The notes under the pieces were generated by a model, which was not told where the DNA came from, ran no database searches, and saw only the letters and a list, made by a program, of their open reading frames with translations. A DNA stretch of 63,150 nucleotides, filler included, from a candidate division WOR-3 bacterium (GTDB lineage Bacteria > SDB-A): the NCBI GenBank assembly GCA_016934535.1. It is 3 parts of 3 records of this genome, joined end to end, with 100 filler letters (N's around TTAATTAATTAA, not from the genome) between each part and the next. Parts side by side here need not be neighbours in the genome. Positions count along the whole stretch, not along the records: positions 44,683 to 63,150 come from JAFGSQ010000031.1; 2 more parts are not named here. The stretch is one strand, 5' to 3'. A program made the position numbers and the translations under genes. Positions within the stretch are counted from its first letter, which is position 1; each line of letters opens with the position of its first letter. Below are positions 45,692 through 57,609 of this stretch, in pieces.

Positions 45692-47182
45692 CTATTGGGT
45701 TAAAACAAACTTTAATGTTCTTGATGCATTAGCGGTGCTGATTCTGGCAAAATAAATACCTTTAGGTAAATCTTTCGTTGTAAATGAAATTGAATTGTCT
45801 CCAACGCTTAATTGACCAGCATGTATTGTCTTTACTCTGCTTCCTGTAATGTTAAAAATATCCAGAATACAACTGCTTCCATAAGACAAAGAAAAATGGA
45901 CTGAAGCTGACCCGTCATTAAGCGTTATAAATCCGCTAGAAATACAACATTCAAACGCAGAGTTGCTCTTTTCACCCATTATCACTATGTTGTTTTCGGC
46001 ATTCTCAATATTATCAGGTATAGTTATCGGATATTGTCTTGCAAACAATGCGCTGTTTCCTGAATAACCGCAGAAATAAATCAACGTGTTCGAGAACAAA
46101 CCCTTCAATCCGGTGTTAGGTAAACCAGGATAAAAATATTCCTGTGGGTTATTGCCGAATCTGTCGAAATAGAAAAAATAAGGGAATTCAACACCATCGC
46201 TTATTCTCTTCTTAACACCACCGGTATAAACACAACTATTATTGTATTGGAACAAATCATTCGCCACTACATTGTACAAAGTGTCCTGTTCAATCGTTCT
46301 AGACCAAAGAGTGTCAATATTGTTATATTGGTCAATCTGAAATTTAACTAAAAACATCTTTTTCCTGCCGCCTGATTCCGAATAACCGCATGAATAAAAA
46401 TACTCTGATTTCCCTTCCTGAGATTCAATGATCTGATTCAGACAACCATCGAATAGAACAACATCGGTTTCAACTTCAAAATTTTCTTCCTCGCAATAAT
46501 TAAACACCATTATGTATTGTTTTCCATCGCTTGAACCGACGATAATGTATCTGTTGTTTTCAAGGGTATTATTCATTATTTTTTCTATACCGAATGCTTC
46601 CTGATTTTCATCGGATGGGATAAGAGTGTACATTCTCTCAGATAGATCGGAGTTGAGGGTATAAATAAATATATTTTTTGCCATACCAAAAGTTCTGGTG
46701 CCTATCAAAAGGCAATATCCGTCTTCGTCATTGCCAGGTTCAGAATATTCGGCGCCAGGTTCCTCATCATCTCCTGGATCATTATCGGTTATGTAATTTT
46801 CACAAATTAAGTTGCCATCTGAGTCGATTCTTACAACATATATGCTCTTATTATTCAAAAAGCTTGATGCGACACCACCCAATATGTACGTGTTTGAATT
46901 GTATTCTTTAGTAAAGAAATTGCAGACCTCATATAAAGTATTTTCACCATAAAACTGGTTAGTAATAATTTGTCCGGAAGAGTTCAGTTTAAAATATGAA
47001 AAATCCTTTGATAATCCCGTATATGTCCCGGCTGTTATAAAATTCCCGGAGCTGTAATATACTCCCTCAAAACAATTACCAGGGTTATTTCCGTATGTCC
47101 AATACGTGAAATCCGCTGAAAGAGGTTGTGAAATAAACACCAGAATAGCTGTTAGGCAAATTGCAAAAAGATTCTTTTTCAT
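45692..47182 (-). CDS. Secreted beta-propeller-like protein with C-terminal T9SS-A sorting-like domain
   Basis: Signal peptide; repeats IYVVRIDSDGN and FLVKF...TLWSRT; LDIFNITGSRV...LPKGIYFARI...TLKFV. Confidence 0.75.
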   Translation of the reverse strand: MKKNLFAICLTAILVFISQPLSADFTYWTYGNNPGNCFEGVYYSSGNFITAGTYTGLSKDFSYFKLNSSGQIITNQFYGENTLYEVCNFFTKEYNSNTYILGGVASSFLNNKSIYVVRIDSDGNLICENYITDNDPGDDEEPGAEYSEPGNDEDGYCLLIGTRTFGMAKNIFIYTLNSDLSERMYTLIPSDENQEAFGIEKIMNNTLENNRYIIVGSSDGKQYIMVFNYCEEENFEVETDVVLFDGCLNQIIESQEGKSEYFYSCGYSESGGRKKMFLVKFQIDQYNNIDTLWSRTIEQDTLYNVVANDLFQYNNSCVYTGGVKKRISDGVEFPYFFYFDRFGNNPQEYFYPGLPNTGLKGLFSNTLIYFCGYSGNSALFARQYPITIPDNIENAENNIVIMGEKSNSAFECCISSGFITLNDGSASVHFSLSYGSSCILDIFNITGSRVKTIHAGQLSVGDNSISFTTKDLPKGIYFARISTANASRTLKFVLTQ

Positions 47183-47247
47183 CTTCTCTTCCTTTCAGTG
47201 AATTTTTTATAAATCCCTGACATGTTAACATCATTCCTTTCGGAAAA

Positions 47248-47868
47248 TTATCTCTCTCTTATTATGTCTTTGACTTTCATCAGTCTTGAGAGGTTGGAGC
47301 GTTCCATTTCCGCAAGTTTCTGCCTTATGTAGCTTATGGTTTCTTCGAGGTTGGGTATGAGTACATACTCGAGAGTGTTGACCCGCCTTCTCGTCTTGGC
47401 GACTTCGTCGGCTAACATTGAGACCGTTTTTTCCTTTTCGGCGAGGTCGAGAAGCTCTTCAGTGACATTGTCGAGCGCATCGAGCGAGTTGTCAAGTTCC
47501 ACAGTGGTCTGCGCAAGTCCGTAGCAGATTATGTCGCCGCTGACTTTTCTCGCAAAAGACGGCACCCTCAGGTTCATTATCTGTTTTCTTCCGACTTCTA
47601 TCGAAACTTTTTTCTTCGGGAACATAATTGCCGCTTCGACAAATCCCGGTTCCGCTCCGCCTTTCGCTATTGCAAATTCCATCATCGCTTCGGCCAGATG
47701 CTTTTCAACCTTAATCCTGAGGCTTTTTACGTTCTCTATCATGGAAAGAAGTCTCCTCATGAGTTCGTCCTGCTTGTCCTTGAGCAGTTTGTGCCCCCTC
47801 CTGGCGATGACAATCCGCCTTCTGAGTTTGAGAAGTTCCTGTCTTGTAGGATTTACTTCGAGGATCAA
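47248..47868 (-). CDS. ntpD: V/A-type ATPase subunit D
   Basis: NPTRQEL, RGHKLLKDK, KTRRRVN.LEY. Confidence 0.95.
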   Translation of the reverse strand: MILEVNPTRQELLKLRRRIVIARRGHKLLKDKQDELMRRLLSMIENVKSLRIKVEKHLAEAMMEFAIAKGGAEPGFVEAAIMFPKKKVSIEVGRKQIMNLRVPSFARKVSGDIICYGLAQTTVELDNSLDALDNVTEELLDLAEKEKTVSMLADEVAKTRRRVNTLEYVLIPNLEETISYIRQKLAEMERSNLSRLMKVKDIIRER

Positions 47869-47870
47869 AT

Positions 47871-49265
47871 TCAGTTCTCCGTGCTTTTGGACGCCTTGAA
47901 ATACTTTTCAATAAACTCTTCCCTGACTCTTCTCAGTTCTATTTTCGGGAACACAGACAGCAGTTCCCAGCCGAGATTGAGAGTGAAATCTATCGTCCTG
48001 TTGTCGTCGAAATCCTGGGATATGTATTTGTCTTCGAACTGCTGTGCGAATCTCAGATATTTTCTGTCTAGTTCGGAAAGAGCGGCTTCACCGAGGATTA
48101 CGGCCAGTTCGGCGGCGTCTTTTCCCCTCGTGTATGCCGCGTAAAGCTGATTGAAAAGGTCGGCGTGGTCCTCTCTCGTCTTTCCTTTTCCTATCCCTTT
48201 GTCTTTCAGCCTCGACAGTGACTGCTGTGCATCTATCGGGGGATTTACTCCTTTTCTGTAAAGAGCCCTGTTCAGTATCATCTGTCCCTCGGTTATGTAT
48301 CCCGTCAGGTCTGGAATGGGATGGGTCTTATCGTCTTCAGGCATCGTAAGGATAGGTATCATGGTTATTGATCCTTTCGACCCTTTTATTCTGCCGGCTC
48401 TCTCGTATATTGTCGCGAGGTCGGTGTAAAGGTATCCGGGATAGCCCCTCCTGCCGGGTATTTCCTTTCGCGCGGCTGAAACTTCCCTCAGAGCTTCGCA
48501 GTAATTCGTCATGTCTGTCATTATGACGAGAACGTGCTTGTCGAGATCGAACGCGAGATATTCCGCGGCTGTCAAAGCGCTCCTGGGAGTCGCTATCCTT
48601 TCGACGGCGGGATCGTCGGCGAGATTCATGAAAAGAACCGCCCTGTCAATCGCGCCCGTCCTTCTGAAATCCTGAATGAAAAATTCGGATTCCTCGTAAG
48701 TGATTCCCATGGCGGCGAAAACTACGGCGAACTCTTCACCTTTTCCGAGAACGCTTGCCTGTCTCGCTATCTGAGCCGCCATTTCATTGTGAGGAAGCCC
48801 GCTGCCGGAGAATATAGGCAGTTTCTGCCCCCTTACGAGTGTGTTCAATCCGTCTATTGTAGAAATACCCGTCTGAATGAATTCGTCCGGGTAATCCCTC
48901 GCGAAAGGATTTATCGGAGCGCCGTTTATGTCTCTTCTCAAAGATGGGATGACATAGGGGCCGCCGTCTTTGGGCGTTCCCAGTCCGTCGAAAACCCTGC
49001 CCTGAATGTCAGGCGACAAAGCGAGCTCTATTCCTCTTCCCTTGAAAGAAGCGCTTGTTTTTTCAGTGTCGAGTCCGGAAGTGCCTTCGAAAACCTGAAC
49101 GAGCGCCTTGTCCATGTAAACCTCTAGAACTTTTCCTTTTCTGATTTCTCCGCTTCCCAGTTTGAACTCGACGAGTTCTTCATATTTGACGTCGTGAACT
49201 CCCTCAACCAGAGCCAACGGGCCGGAGAGTGAAGTTATTGTCCTGTATTCGGTTCTCGTTCTCAA
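47871..49265 (-). CDS. ntpB: V/A-type ATPase subunit B
   Basis: [42 protein letters not shown]. Confidence 0.97.
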   Translation of the reverse strand: MRTRTEYRTITSLSGPLALVEGVHDVKYEELVEFKLGSGEIRKGKVLEVYMDKALVQVFEGTSGLDTEKTSASFKGRGIELALSPDIQGRVFDGLGTPKDGGPYVIPSLRRDINGAPINPFARDYPDEFIQTGISTIDGLNTLVRGQKLPIFSGSGLPHNEMAAQIARQASVLGKGEEFAVVFAAMGITYEESEFFIQDFRRTGAIDRAVLFMNLADDPAVERIATPRSALTAAEYLAFDLDKHVLVIMTDMTNYCEALREVSAARKEIPGRRGYPGYLYTDLATIYERAGRIKGSKGSITMIPILTMPEDDKTHPIPDLTGYITEGQMILNRALYRKGVNPPIDAQQSLSRLKDKGIGKGKTREDHADLFNQLYAAYTRGKDAAELAVILGEAALSELDRKYLRFAQQFEDKYISQDFDDNRTIDFTLNLGWELLSVFPKIELRRVREEFIEKYFKASKSTEN

Positions 49266-51037
49266 ATTCCACCTCCGGATGACGCAGATTCGTAAAGAGC
49301 TTCTATTTCTTCGTCAATTTCCTTTCTTATGGCTTCCAGCTTCGAGTTGTCGTCCTCTTTTAAATATCTCGCCCTTGAAATAATTTCTATTACTTTCATG
49401 TTCAAAAGTTTTGTTATTTCAACTTTTCTGTCGAGCGCCCATTTTGATTTTTCGTTGAGATACAGAATGACTGAAAGAAGAAGCCTCTGTTTTACAATCG
49501 AAGTATATGTGTCGGTTTCATGAAATGCGTTCTGATAAAGAAAATCCTGGCGTATTGAACGTGCCACTTCCATTGTGAGCCTGTCGGGCGCCGATAGTGA
49601 TTCGAGACCGACGAGTCTCGCAATTTCCTCGAGCTCGGCTTCTTCCTCGAGGATTTTAATGGCTTCTTTTTTCAAAGCGGTGAAATCCTCGTGAACGTTT
49701 TCGTCGAAATAATCCTCCAATGCCCTGTTGTAGAGAGAATACGATCTCAGCCAGGATATCGCGGGAAAATGCCTCTGAAAAGCGAGTTTGTCTTCGAGCG
49801 ACCAGAAAACCTTTACGACTCTCAACGTAGCCTGTACGACAGGATCTGAAAGGTCTCCTCCGGGAGGAGACACCGCGCCTATGACAGTCAGGGCTCCTAC
49901 CCTTTCGTCTTTTCCAAGACATACAGTCTTGCCGGCCCTTTCGTAGAAAGAAGCAACTTTAGCCGAAAGATACGCGGGGTAGCCTTCGTCTCCGGGCATC
50001 TCTTCCAGTCTTCCCGAAATTTCCCTCATCGCTTCAGCCCATCTCGAAGTGGAATCAGCCATCAGGGCGACCGAATATCCCATGTCCCTGAAATACTCAG
50101 CGATTGTTATTCCCGTATAAACCGAGGCTTCTCTCGCCGCCACAGGCATGTTCGAAGTGTTGGCTATGAGGACGGTCCTCATCATAAGCGGTTCGCCAGA
50201 CCTGGGGTCTTTGAGTTCCGGGAACTCAAGTAAAACGTCAGTCATCTCGTTTCCTCTTTCTCCACAGCCAATGTAGACGACAATGTCGGCGTCAGACCAT
50301 TTTGCCAACTGGTGCTGAATTACAGTTTTCCCGGAGCCGAAAGGACCGGGGATACAAGCAGTGCCGCCTTTTGCGACGGGAAACAGGGCGTCAATCACTC
50401 TTTGACCCGTCAAAAGAGGTTCAGTCGGCATGAGCTGTTTTTTAAAAGGTCTCGGAATTCTGACCGGCCATCTCTGCAGCATCGTAATATCTTTGTCGCC
50501 AGCTTCCGTTTCTATAACGGCGACAGTTTCTTCGATCGTGAAATCGCCCTTATTAACGGATTTGAGCTTACCTGTTACTCCAGGCGGGACCATTATCTTG
50601 TGAGACACGAGAACAGTTTCCTGAACCTCGCCGAGGACGTCTCCTGCTTCGACAGATTCACCCTCTTTGGCCCTGGGAACGAAACTCCATTTTTTATCCT
50701 TGTCGAGAGCCGGTACGTCTATTCCCCTCGTAATCATGTTGCCAGTGATTTCTTTAATCCTGTCGAGAGGCCTCTGTGTACCGTCGTAAATCGTCTGAAT
50801 AAGCCCGGGACCCAATTCGACGGAAAGCGGCTGATTCGTCAGATAAACGGGTTCACCCACTCCGAGCCCCGCAGTGTCTTCATAAACCTGAATTGAGGCT
50901 TTGTCATTTTTTAGTTCAATTATCTCGCCCATCAGCTTCATTTTTCCGACTTTGACCACGTCGTACATCTTTGAATCCTGCATTTTTTCCGCGACGACGA
51001 GCGGTCCTGCAACTTTTAATACGACGCCTTCTTTCAC
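49262..51037 (-). CDS. ntpA: V/A-type ATPase subunit A
   Basis: [38 protein letters not shown]. Confidence 0.97.
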   Translation of the reverse strand: MKEGVVLKVAGPLVVAEKMQDSKMYDVVKVGKMKLMGEIIELKNDKASIQVYEDTAGLGVGEPVYLTNQPLSVELGPGLIQTIYDGTQRPLDRIKEITGNMITRGIDVPALDKDKKWSFVPRAKEGESVEAGDVLGEVQETVLVSHKIMVPPGVTGKLKSVNKGDFTIEETVAVIETEAGDKDITMLQRWPVRIPRPFKKQLMPTEPLLTGQRVIDALFPVAKGGTACIPGPFGSGKTVIQHQLAKWSDADIVVYIGCGERGNEMTDVLLEFPELKDPRSGEPLMMRTVLIANTSNMPVAAREASVYTGITIAEYFRDMGYSVALMADSTSRWAEAMREISGRLEEMPGDEGYPAYLSAKVASFYERAGKTVCLGKDERVGALTVIGAVSPPGGDLSDPVVQATLRVVKVFWSLEDKLAFQRHFPAISWLRSYSLYNRALEDYFDENVHEDFTALKKEAIKILEEEAELEEIARLVGLESLSAPDRLTMEVARSIRQDFLYQNAFHETDTYTSIVKQRLLLSVILYLNEKSKWALDRKVEITKLLNMKVIEIISRARYLKEDDNSKLEAIRKEIDEEIEALYESASSGGGI

Positions 51038-51048
51038 TTTTTTCTCCT

Positions 51049-51369
51049 TTATTTGTCCGATAAAACGTCGGCTCCGACCGCGTGTTTCAGCGTTTCTCTG
51101 AGCTGCTGAAGCGTCGAGCCTGTTACGCCTTCGGCTCCGGGTACGGCAATTATCGCCGGCACCGGCTCCGACGAGTATTTCATCCTCGTCTCGAGCAGAT
51201 CAAGCGCGAAGTCTTCCGTTATCATTACGAGTGCGTATTTGTTTTCCGCGAGAGAGATCAAAATTTTTTTTGCCTCTTCAGCCTTCTCAACTGGAAATAT
51301 CTCTATCCCAATGGCGGAGAAAGGAAGTATTTGATCAATTTTTCCTATGACCGCCATTTTACCTTCCAT
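51049..51369 (-). CDS. V/A-type ATPase subunit F
   Basis: KMAVIG..D..L.F..IG, PAII.VP, AVGAD. Confidence 0.9.
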   Translation of the reverse strand: MEGKMAVIGKIDQILPFSAIGIEIFPVEKAEEAKKILISLAENKYALVMITEDFALDLLETRMKYSSEPVPAIIAVPGAEGVTGSTLQQLRETLKHAVGADVLSDK

Positions 51370-52379
51370 TAAACAACCTCCGTTATCCCTTTGCCGAATT
51401 TACTGAAAGGGATTTTGTTTATTTTTGAAACGAATATTTTTCTCAGATTTTTAATTTCTATATCAGCCGAAAGGCAAAAAGAAACGAGGGGTTCAAAACC
51501 GTTTAGGAAAAACCGGGCTTGTTTGAGAAAATCCCTTTCGATCTCTTCCGCTTTTTTCTCCATTTCCAATGGGCCGGCGTCTATGACGGGTACTACATCG
51601 TAATAGTCGCTCATAGCCAAAAGGTCTTTGAAATCGTCCACAGGTTTTCCGAGGCAGACCTTAAAATCGTTGCAGTCGATTTTACCGCCGGGAACAAAAT
51701 ACTCGTGCTTGCCATGGCCGTCCTCTCCCTGTTTTTTAAGCCTTAGAAATGAGACTGTGTTGATAAGGTCAGCTCTCTGGGATAAAAGTTCCTTCAGATA
51801 GAGGCTTTTTGAGCCCTCCGCGGAAGACAAAAGGCTCAGAAACAGGTTTTTATCAACGGCGTAGTCTATGTCTCTCGGATCTTTGGACGCATAATAGCTT
51901 TCGAGCGCCGATTCGAGAGCTTTTTCAAGCTGATGCGGTAGAACAATCGTCTCGTCTTCTCCGCGTTCTTCTTTCGCTATGCTCCTGAACGACGGGACAG
52001 GAACTGAGCCGAATTCAGAATAGACTTCATTTTTTATTCTTGAAAAACGGCTTTTCAGGGCCGCTTTGAGGTTGTGATAATCGTAAGGGAAAAACACGAA
52101 ATTTCCGGCGTGTTCGTTGACACAGTGTTCTTTGAAAAAGCTGAAGACCTCCCTTTTTCTTGACAAAAGAACGGTTTCAAAATCACTTGCCGCCGACTGG
52201 ATAAAACTCCCGTAAGGCGTGTCGTGAAGTATTTTAAGCGCTGTGGTCACGCTGTCGCTTTCAATGAGTCTATCGTAACGAGGTCCGTCGAGAAGAGAAT
52301 TCTCGAAACACCTGGCGAGAGCGACGGCAAAATTGTATTTTCCGTTTTCGGGCGCGTCTTCGAAAAATTGTTTTCTCAA
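51369..52379 (-). CDS. ntpC: V/A-type ATPase subunit C
   Basis: YDYHNLK, D..N...FLR, EIKNLR; operon position. Confidence 0.88.
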   Translation of the reverse strand: MRKQFFEDAPENGKYNFAVALARCFENSLLDGPRYDRLIESDSVTTALKILHDTPYGSFIQSAASDFETVLLSRKREVFSFFKEHCVNEHAGNFVFFPYDYHNLKAALKSRFSRIKNEVYSEFGSVPVPSFRSIAKEERGEDETIVLPHQLEKALESALESYYASKDPRDIDYAVDKNLFLSLLSSAEGSKSLYLKELLSQRADLINTVSFLRLKKQGEDGHGKHEYFVPGGKIDCNDFKVCLGKPVDDFKDLLAMSDYYDVVPVIDAGPLEMEKKAEEIERDFLKQARFFLNGFEPLVSFCLSADIEIKNLRKIFVSKINKIPFSKFGKGITEVV

Positions 52380-52969
52380 GAACCGGTTTCCGATATCATT
52401 TTTGATATTTCCGTTTCGAGAAAATACCTTTCCTCGTCGAGAATCGTCTTAAAAGAAGCGTCCGTGAGGACCTTTCCTTCTTTTAAAACGGCTCCACCAG
52501 TAATTTTGACGGGTTCGGTCGAAATTTTGAATCCGCCTTTTCCGTGGAACCCGTCATTGAGCTTTTTAATAAAAGCGGCGTCGAGTATTTTCATGTCTTC
52601 GGCACATACGTGTATGGTTTCATTTCCCGACTTAGCTCCGGACAATATGGCTTTTTTAAGCCTCTCTTTGTACCCCTCGTCTCTTATTAGTGTTTTCCGG
52701 AGTACTTCTTCGAAAACCTGATCCATGGCTTTTCTTCTCGCGCTGAGCTTTTCCAGGCTTATTTCGAGCTGGGCGAGAGAAACGTGTTTTTCTTTCTCGC
52801 GCTCTGAAAGCTGTTTTATCATATCTTCCTGATATTTTTTCACTTTCTCGATTTCCAGCTGTCCTTTTTCTTTTATCTCAAGAGCTTTTTCCGATGCCTC
52901 GTTCATAAGAATTTCGGCTTTTTTTTCGGCTTCTTCGATTATTGAACGTGATATCTTTTCTTCAGACAA
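52376..52969 (-). CDS. ntpE: V/A-type ATPase subunit E
   Basis: Coiled-coil N-terminus, ITGGAVL...DASF; operon position. Confidence 0.88.
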   Translation of the reverse strand: MSEEKISRSIIEEAEKKAEILMNEASEKALEIKEKGQLEIEKVKKYQEDMIKQLSEREKEKHVSLAQLEISLEKLSARRKAMDQVFEEVLRKTLIRDEGYKERLKKAILSGAKSGNETIHVCAEDMKILDAAFIKKLNDGFHGKGGFKISTEPVKITGGAVLKEGKVLTDASFKTILDEERYFLETEISKMISETGS

Positions 52970-52978
52970 TTTGACACC

Positions 52979-53500
<522 letters not shown>

Positions 53501-53505
53501 TTAAA

Positions 53506-55548
53506 TCAATCCCTTAAAACAATGAATTTTCCGGAAGTTGAAAAAGGTTTGAACTCTTTTCCCCCTCCCTCAAAAAACTTCGAAAAAAATTCGACGTATT
53601 GAAGCCTCAACGTATGAACGAATGCTCCAAGAGCGCTTATCGCCAGATTAAAAATGTGCCCGCCTAAAAATATCACCGCAAACAAAACCCAATTGAGTAC
53701 CGGGATTTTTAAGCCTGCTATCATAAACGCCACCGTGTTTACCGCTATCCCAATGCCTGCTGAAACCATTCCGAGAGCCATCAACCTCACGTATGACATT
53801 ACATCGCCCATGTATGAAAAAATACCCGAAAGAACTATGAGCTTCAAAAATCCGAAAAATATCCTGAAGCCCCAGTTTTTTTCATCGCGTGCTCCGAAAA
53901 ACAAAACGAGCAAAGCCATGACACCGGCAACGGAAAGAGCCGGCAAAGCAGTGCCGGCGGGCAGAGGAGAACTCTTCCCCTCGAAAAGATTGAGATCAAT
54001 GCACATCTGAGATGAAAAAAGGGCGGTTATGAGAGACGAAAGAAGAACCAGCCAGACTCCGTAATCGAGAAGCGCGGAAATTTTCTTTTTGTCCTTCCAA
54101 AGCGACACAAAACCTATCATCATTCCGAAATATATCTGAACTATACCCAGAAGTAAGGCTATTCTGAAAAATATCATGGCTTGGGGCGAAGATGAACCTG
54201 GCAAAGGATTGGGATCCATGGGATTGAACCATACCAGTTTCCCAAAAAATCCGGTCAGTGCGGGGATTTTCACGTAAGCCTGATCTCCTTCCCTTAAAAG
54301 ATCGCCAAAAACACCTCCCGTCAGTATCCCCGCCGCCACTGTCACAAGGCCGCCCCAGAAAAGCATCCACAGAAGTTTGCTGTTTTTTAATTTTGTCATT
54401 GCAACGAGTGAAAAAGCAGAGATTATAAGTCCGTAAGCGGCGTCGGTGAGACAAAGGGCAAAAAACAGGACAAACCAGGGGGAGAGCAGTACGGTCGGAT
54501 CGACGCTTTTAGAGGAAGGCATGCCGTAAAGCTGAATGACGAGTTCGAAAGGCTTGAACAATTTCCTGTTCTTAAGTGCAACCGGCGGGTTTTCAGAGTC
54601 CTGGGGATCAATTTCCTCGACGGTCACAGAAGAAAATTCAGACGACGCGGAGACAAGCGTTTGCATGTCCGAACGCTTTATCCATCCCTCGAGGACGAAA
54701 GCGTGTCTGGTGTGAAACAAACTCTGCTTTGCTTTTTTTAGATTTTCAAGATTCTGATAGTAATCGTGGACAATTCTCAGGGATTCAATCTGTGTGACCA
54801 GTTTTTTACTTTCGTCGAAAAATCCCGTCTTCTCTTTTTCGATCTGCGCCAGATTATCTTCGAGCCCCTTCACAATGAACGCCGGTTTTCCTCGAAAACC
54901 GCCGAAATCGGTTTTCTCGAACTCCATCTCTTTCATTTTTTTCGAAGCCTGCTCTCTGTCTTCCCTCAGCCACAGAGCCACAATGGAACATGATTTGGCG
55001 TTTTTCTGTATTATCTGGCAAACACCCGGAGAAATGTCCGGATTTTCGAATTTTGCCGGGATCCAGCCGGCCGTAATTTCGCAGGAAGTTCCGTCACGTA
55101 TTTCTTCGACAGGTTTATCGAGTTGAGTCCATGTTTCGAAAAGCGCCAGATTCTCTTTGGTTTTTTCTTCGCGTTCTTTTAAATCGGAAGCTGCTTCTTC
55201 CAGGCTTTTGGCCCTTTCAACCACAGTCTTGTAATCGAAATCCCCGACAATTTCGAGAAGTTCTCTCGTTTTGAGAACAAGTTTTCCTCCGACTACGCTT
55301 TCGAGGAAACTTTTCGGAACGCTGTACTTTTCGAGAAAATTCTCAGCGTGCCTGATCTCATTCAGCGTATGCTCTATGTCTTTTTCATTTCCGCCGTCAA
55401 TTTTGTAGTCACCGAGGTCTTCTTTAACTGCACGCGATATCTCTTCCTCTATCTGAATCAATCCAAGCGACTGAATCCTTTTTAAAAAAACGTCCTCTTC
55501 AGAAGAAGAGCCGACGGCTCTTATTTTTGCCATGAGTTCTACGCTCAA
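53506..55548 (-). CDS. ntpI: V/A-type ATPase subunit I (a)
   Basis: DPT, D..YG, DVMSYVRLMALG, HTLRLQYVEFF.KF. Confidence 0.94.
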   Translation of the reverse strand: MSVELMAKIRAVGSSSEEDVFLKRIQSLGLIQIEEEISRAVKEDLGDYKIDGGNEKDIEHTLNEIRHAENFLEKYSVPKSFLESVVGGKLVLKTRELLEIVGDFDYKTVVERAKSLEEAASDLKEREEKTKENLALFETWTQLDKPVEEIRDGTSCEITAGWIPAKFENPDISPGVCQIIQKNAKSCSIVALWLREDREQASKKMKEMEFEKTDFGGFRGKPAFIVKGLEDNLAQIEKEKTGFFDESKKLVTQIESLRIVHDYYQNLENLKKAKQSLFHTRHAFVLEGWIKRSDMQTLVSASSEFSSVTVEEIDPQDSENPPVALKNRKLFKPFELVIQLYGMPSSKSVDPTVLLSPWFVLFFALCLTDAAYGLIISAFSLVAMTKLKNSKLLWMLFWGGLVTVAAGILTGGVFGDLLREGDQAYVKIPALTGFFGKLVWFNPMDPNPLPGSSSPQAMIFFRIALLLGIVQIYFGMMIGFVSLWKDKKKISALLDYGVWLVLLSSLITALFSSQMCIDLNLFEGKSSPLPAGTALPALSVAGVMALLVLFFGARDEKNWGFRIFFGFLKLIVLSGIFSYMGDVMSYVRLMALGMVSAGIGIAVNTVAFMIAGLKIPVLNWVLFAVIFLGGHIFNLAISALGAFVHTLRLQYVEFFSKFFEGGGKEFKPFSTSGKFIVLRD

Positions 55549-55860
55549 TCAAAATCCCGTTTCTTCAAGTACTCTTTCGACTGCTTTTTTACTGTTTTTT
55601 TCAGCCAAAACATTGATTTGCTCGATTTCGTCCCGGCTTTTTTTCGTCATTTCAAGAATGATTTTCCGAGATTCCGATTCCGAAACAGCGAGCGATTCTT
55701 CGATTCTCTTTTTATAAGTGCTCTGAATCTTTTTCAGTTCGTTTTTTATGTCGTCTTCGGCGTCGAGTACGGTTTTTCCGGCTTTTACCTGAGCTTCGGA
55801 AACGATTTTTTCCGCCTTTTCTTCCGACTCTTTAATTTTCTGGATTATATCAAGAGCCAT
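55549..55860 (-). CDS. V/A-type ATPase subunit G/H (peripheral stalk)
   Basis: IIQKIKESEEKAEKIV.EA coiled coil; first gene of the operon. Confidence 0.82.
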   Translation of the reverse strand: MALDIIQKIKESEEKAEKIVSEAQVKAGKTVLDAEDDIKNELKKIQSTYKKRIEESLAVSESESRKIILEMTKKSRDEIEQINVLAEKNSKKAVERVLEETGF

Positions 55861-55931
55861 CCGACCTCCTTCTCAAGCTTCGATGAATAACTTATCTTAT
55901 TGCAAAAATTGAGGAGACTGAAAATCATTAA

Positions 55932-55960
55932 ATAGTATCAGAATTGCATAAAGACTTCAA
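55932..55960 (-). promoter_or_regulatory. Promoter of the V-ATPase operon
   Basis: TTGAAG-17nt-TACTAT with extended TG. Confidence 0.55.
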
Positions 55961-56010
55961 ACAAAATCGGTGTCTCTCTTTTTCTCAAGGTGCTATCATT
56001 GAAGGTAAAC

Positions 56011-57609
56011 ATGCTTTTAGCGCGATTGATAATTACAGCCGCCCTTTTCTTTCAGGGTTCGAGGATTGTCAGTGTCCGCTGTATTGGAGACGACACTCTT
56101 CTCGTCGTAACCGCGGAAGACGGCGCGTGGAAGGGATCTTCCCCCGAATGGCTTACAAATATACACGGCACCGAAGATTATTTCCTCACAGACGGTTTGA
56201 AATTTTCCAGCGGATACATTTTTGCCACCTGCGGGTCAGGTCTGTTGTTCGTCAGGGAAAATTCAAACGAAAGATGGGGTTTTTCAACAATGGGACCTCA
56301 AAGACAATACTGTTCGTCCCTGATAATATTCGGAAATAAACTCTTCGCCGGATTTTCAGACGGGCTATGCGAAATATTTGAAAACAGCCCTGCTGAAATC
56401 GAATTTTTTACCGATGGAAAGTTTTCCTACACTATCGATCTGGTCTCTGACGGAAAACACATGGCAGTTTCCAACATGTCGGGAGTTTTTATTTTGTCCT
56501 CTTCAGGAATAAAAGACCTTCTTTTCCCGGACTCTTTTTCACACAACAAAACCGTCGCTTTCCTTTCCGACACTATTGCAATCGGGACCGATTCCGGACT
56601 CTGGATATTTGACGGCAAATCCTGGATTTTTATTGACGAATCTTTTTATATTAACTGCTTTTTTCTGGATTCATCTTATGTCTATTGCGGGACGCACGAA
56701 GGGCTTGAAATCTTCGACCGCAGGACACTTGATAAAATAATAGCTTATAAAACATATCCGGTTTTATCCATACAGAAATTCAAAGGTCGATGGCTCTTCG
56801 GAACCGCGGAGGGGCTTTTTGCAGATTCTTTAGGATCAATGACCGACGCTAATTGTTTTCCGGCAAACATTTTCAAAGAATACCCTCACCCTTTCATAGA
56901 CTTTCCTTTTCCGGCGGGTTACAACAACCTTCCGGATCAGACCTATCTGTATTCTTCAACTTTCGGCGGAAATCTCAGAGTCCACAAAGGCCTCGATTAC
57001 AACAATCCGGGAGAAACACCCGTTGTAGCCGGTGCCGACGGAATCGTAGTATCTTCAGGAACTTCAGGCAACGGTGCAAATTTCATCACCGTGCGGTACT
57101 TTGTCCATCAGAACGAACACGGCGCGGTTTTTCTCTACACCCATTTTTCCAGACACTCACCGCTGAAACCCGGAGAAGTATTCAAGAGCGGAGACACCAT
57201 AGGTTTTGTCGGACACACTGGAAGAGCGACGAACGATCATCTGCATCTTGAGACGCGAATTATAACAAACGCCGGAACCTTTTCCGTAAATCCTTCGGTG
57301 TGGCTTCGACCCATACCCGGGACAGGAGCTCTGGCGGGAACAATAACGAGAAACGGAGAACCGCTTGAAGGCGCGAAAATATACGGAATTTTCAAACCCT
57401 GGTTCAATGAAACCCCTTTTATATTCGCGGAGACCTATAGCGGAGGATCGGAGTCCGACCCTGAGATCAAAGAAAATTTTTTCATAGACGCCGTTTGCCC
57501 GGGTTTTTATTCTGTCAGAATAATATCTGGAAATATGATGTTGGACAGTTTTACGGTTGAGATCAAACAGGACTCGATAAGCTGGGTGGAGAGAGATGTC
57601 GACCGTTGA
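56011..57609 (+). CDS. M23 metallopeptidase with N-terminal beta-propeller and C-terminal Ig-like domain
   Basis: HKGLD, YTH, GHTGRAT..HLH; propeller repeats IAIGTDSGL / YCGTHEGL / LFGTAEGL; start 55990 or 56011. Confidence 0.82.
   Translation: MLLARLIITAALFFQGSRIVSVRCIGDDTLLVVTAEDGAWKGSSPEWLTNIHGTEDYFLTDGLKFSSGYIFATCGSGLLFVRENSNERWGFSTMGPQRQYCSSLIIFGNKLFAGFSDGLCEIFENSPAEIEFFTDGKFSYTIDLVSDGKHMAVSNMSGVFILSSSGIKDLLFPDSFSHNKTVAFLSDTIAIGTDSGLWIFDGKSWIFIDESFYINCFFLDSSYVYCGTHEGLEIFDRRTLDKIIAYKTYPVLSIQKFKGRWLFGTAEGLFADSLGSMTDANCFPANIFKEYPHPFIDFPFPAGYNNLPDQTYLYSSTFGGNLRVHKGLDYNNPGETPVVAGADGIVVSSGTSGNGANFITVRYFVHQNEHGAVFLYTHFSRHSPLKPGEVFKSGDTIGFVGHTGRATNDHLHLETRIITNAGTFSVNPSVWLRPIPGTGALAGTITRNGEPLEGAKIYGIFKPWFNETPFIFAETYSGGSESDPEIKENFFIDAVCPGFYSVRIISGNMMLDSFTVEIKQDSISWVERDVDR

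Noticed and set aside
44683-47240. Prophage, IS or defence island
   Set aside because: No integrase, transposase, phage or recognisable defence domains in the visible part
48534-50896. Long antisense ORFs (48534-49127, 50312-50896 and similar shadows across the window)
   Set aside because: They lie opposite highly conserved genes and have no motifs or RBS; typical antisense shadows
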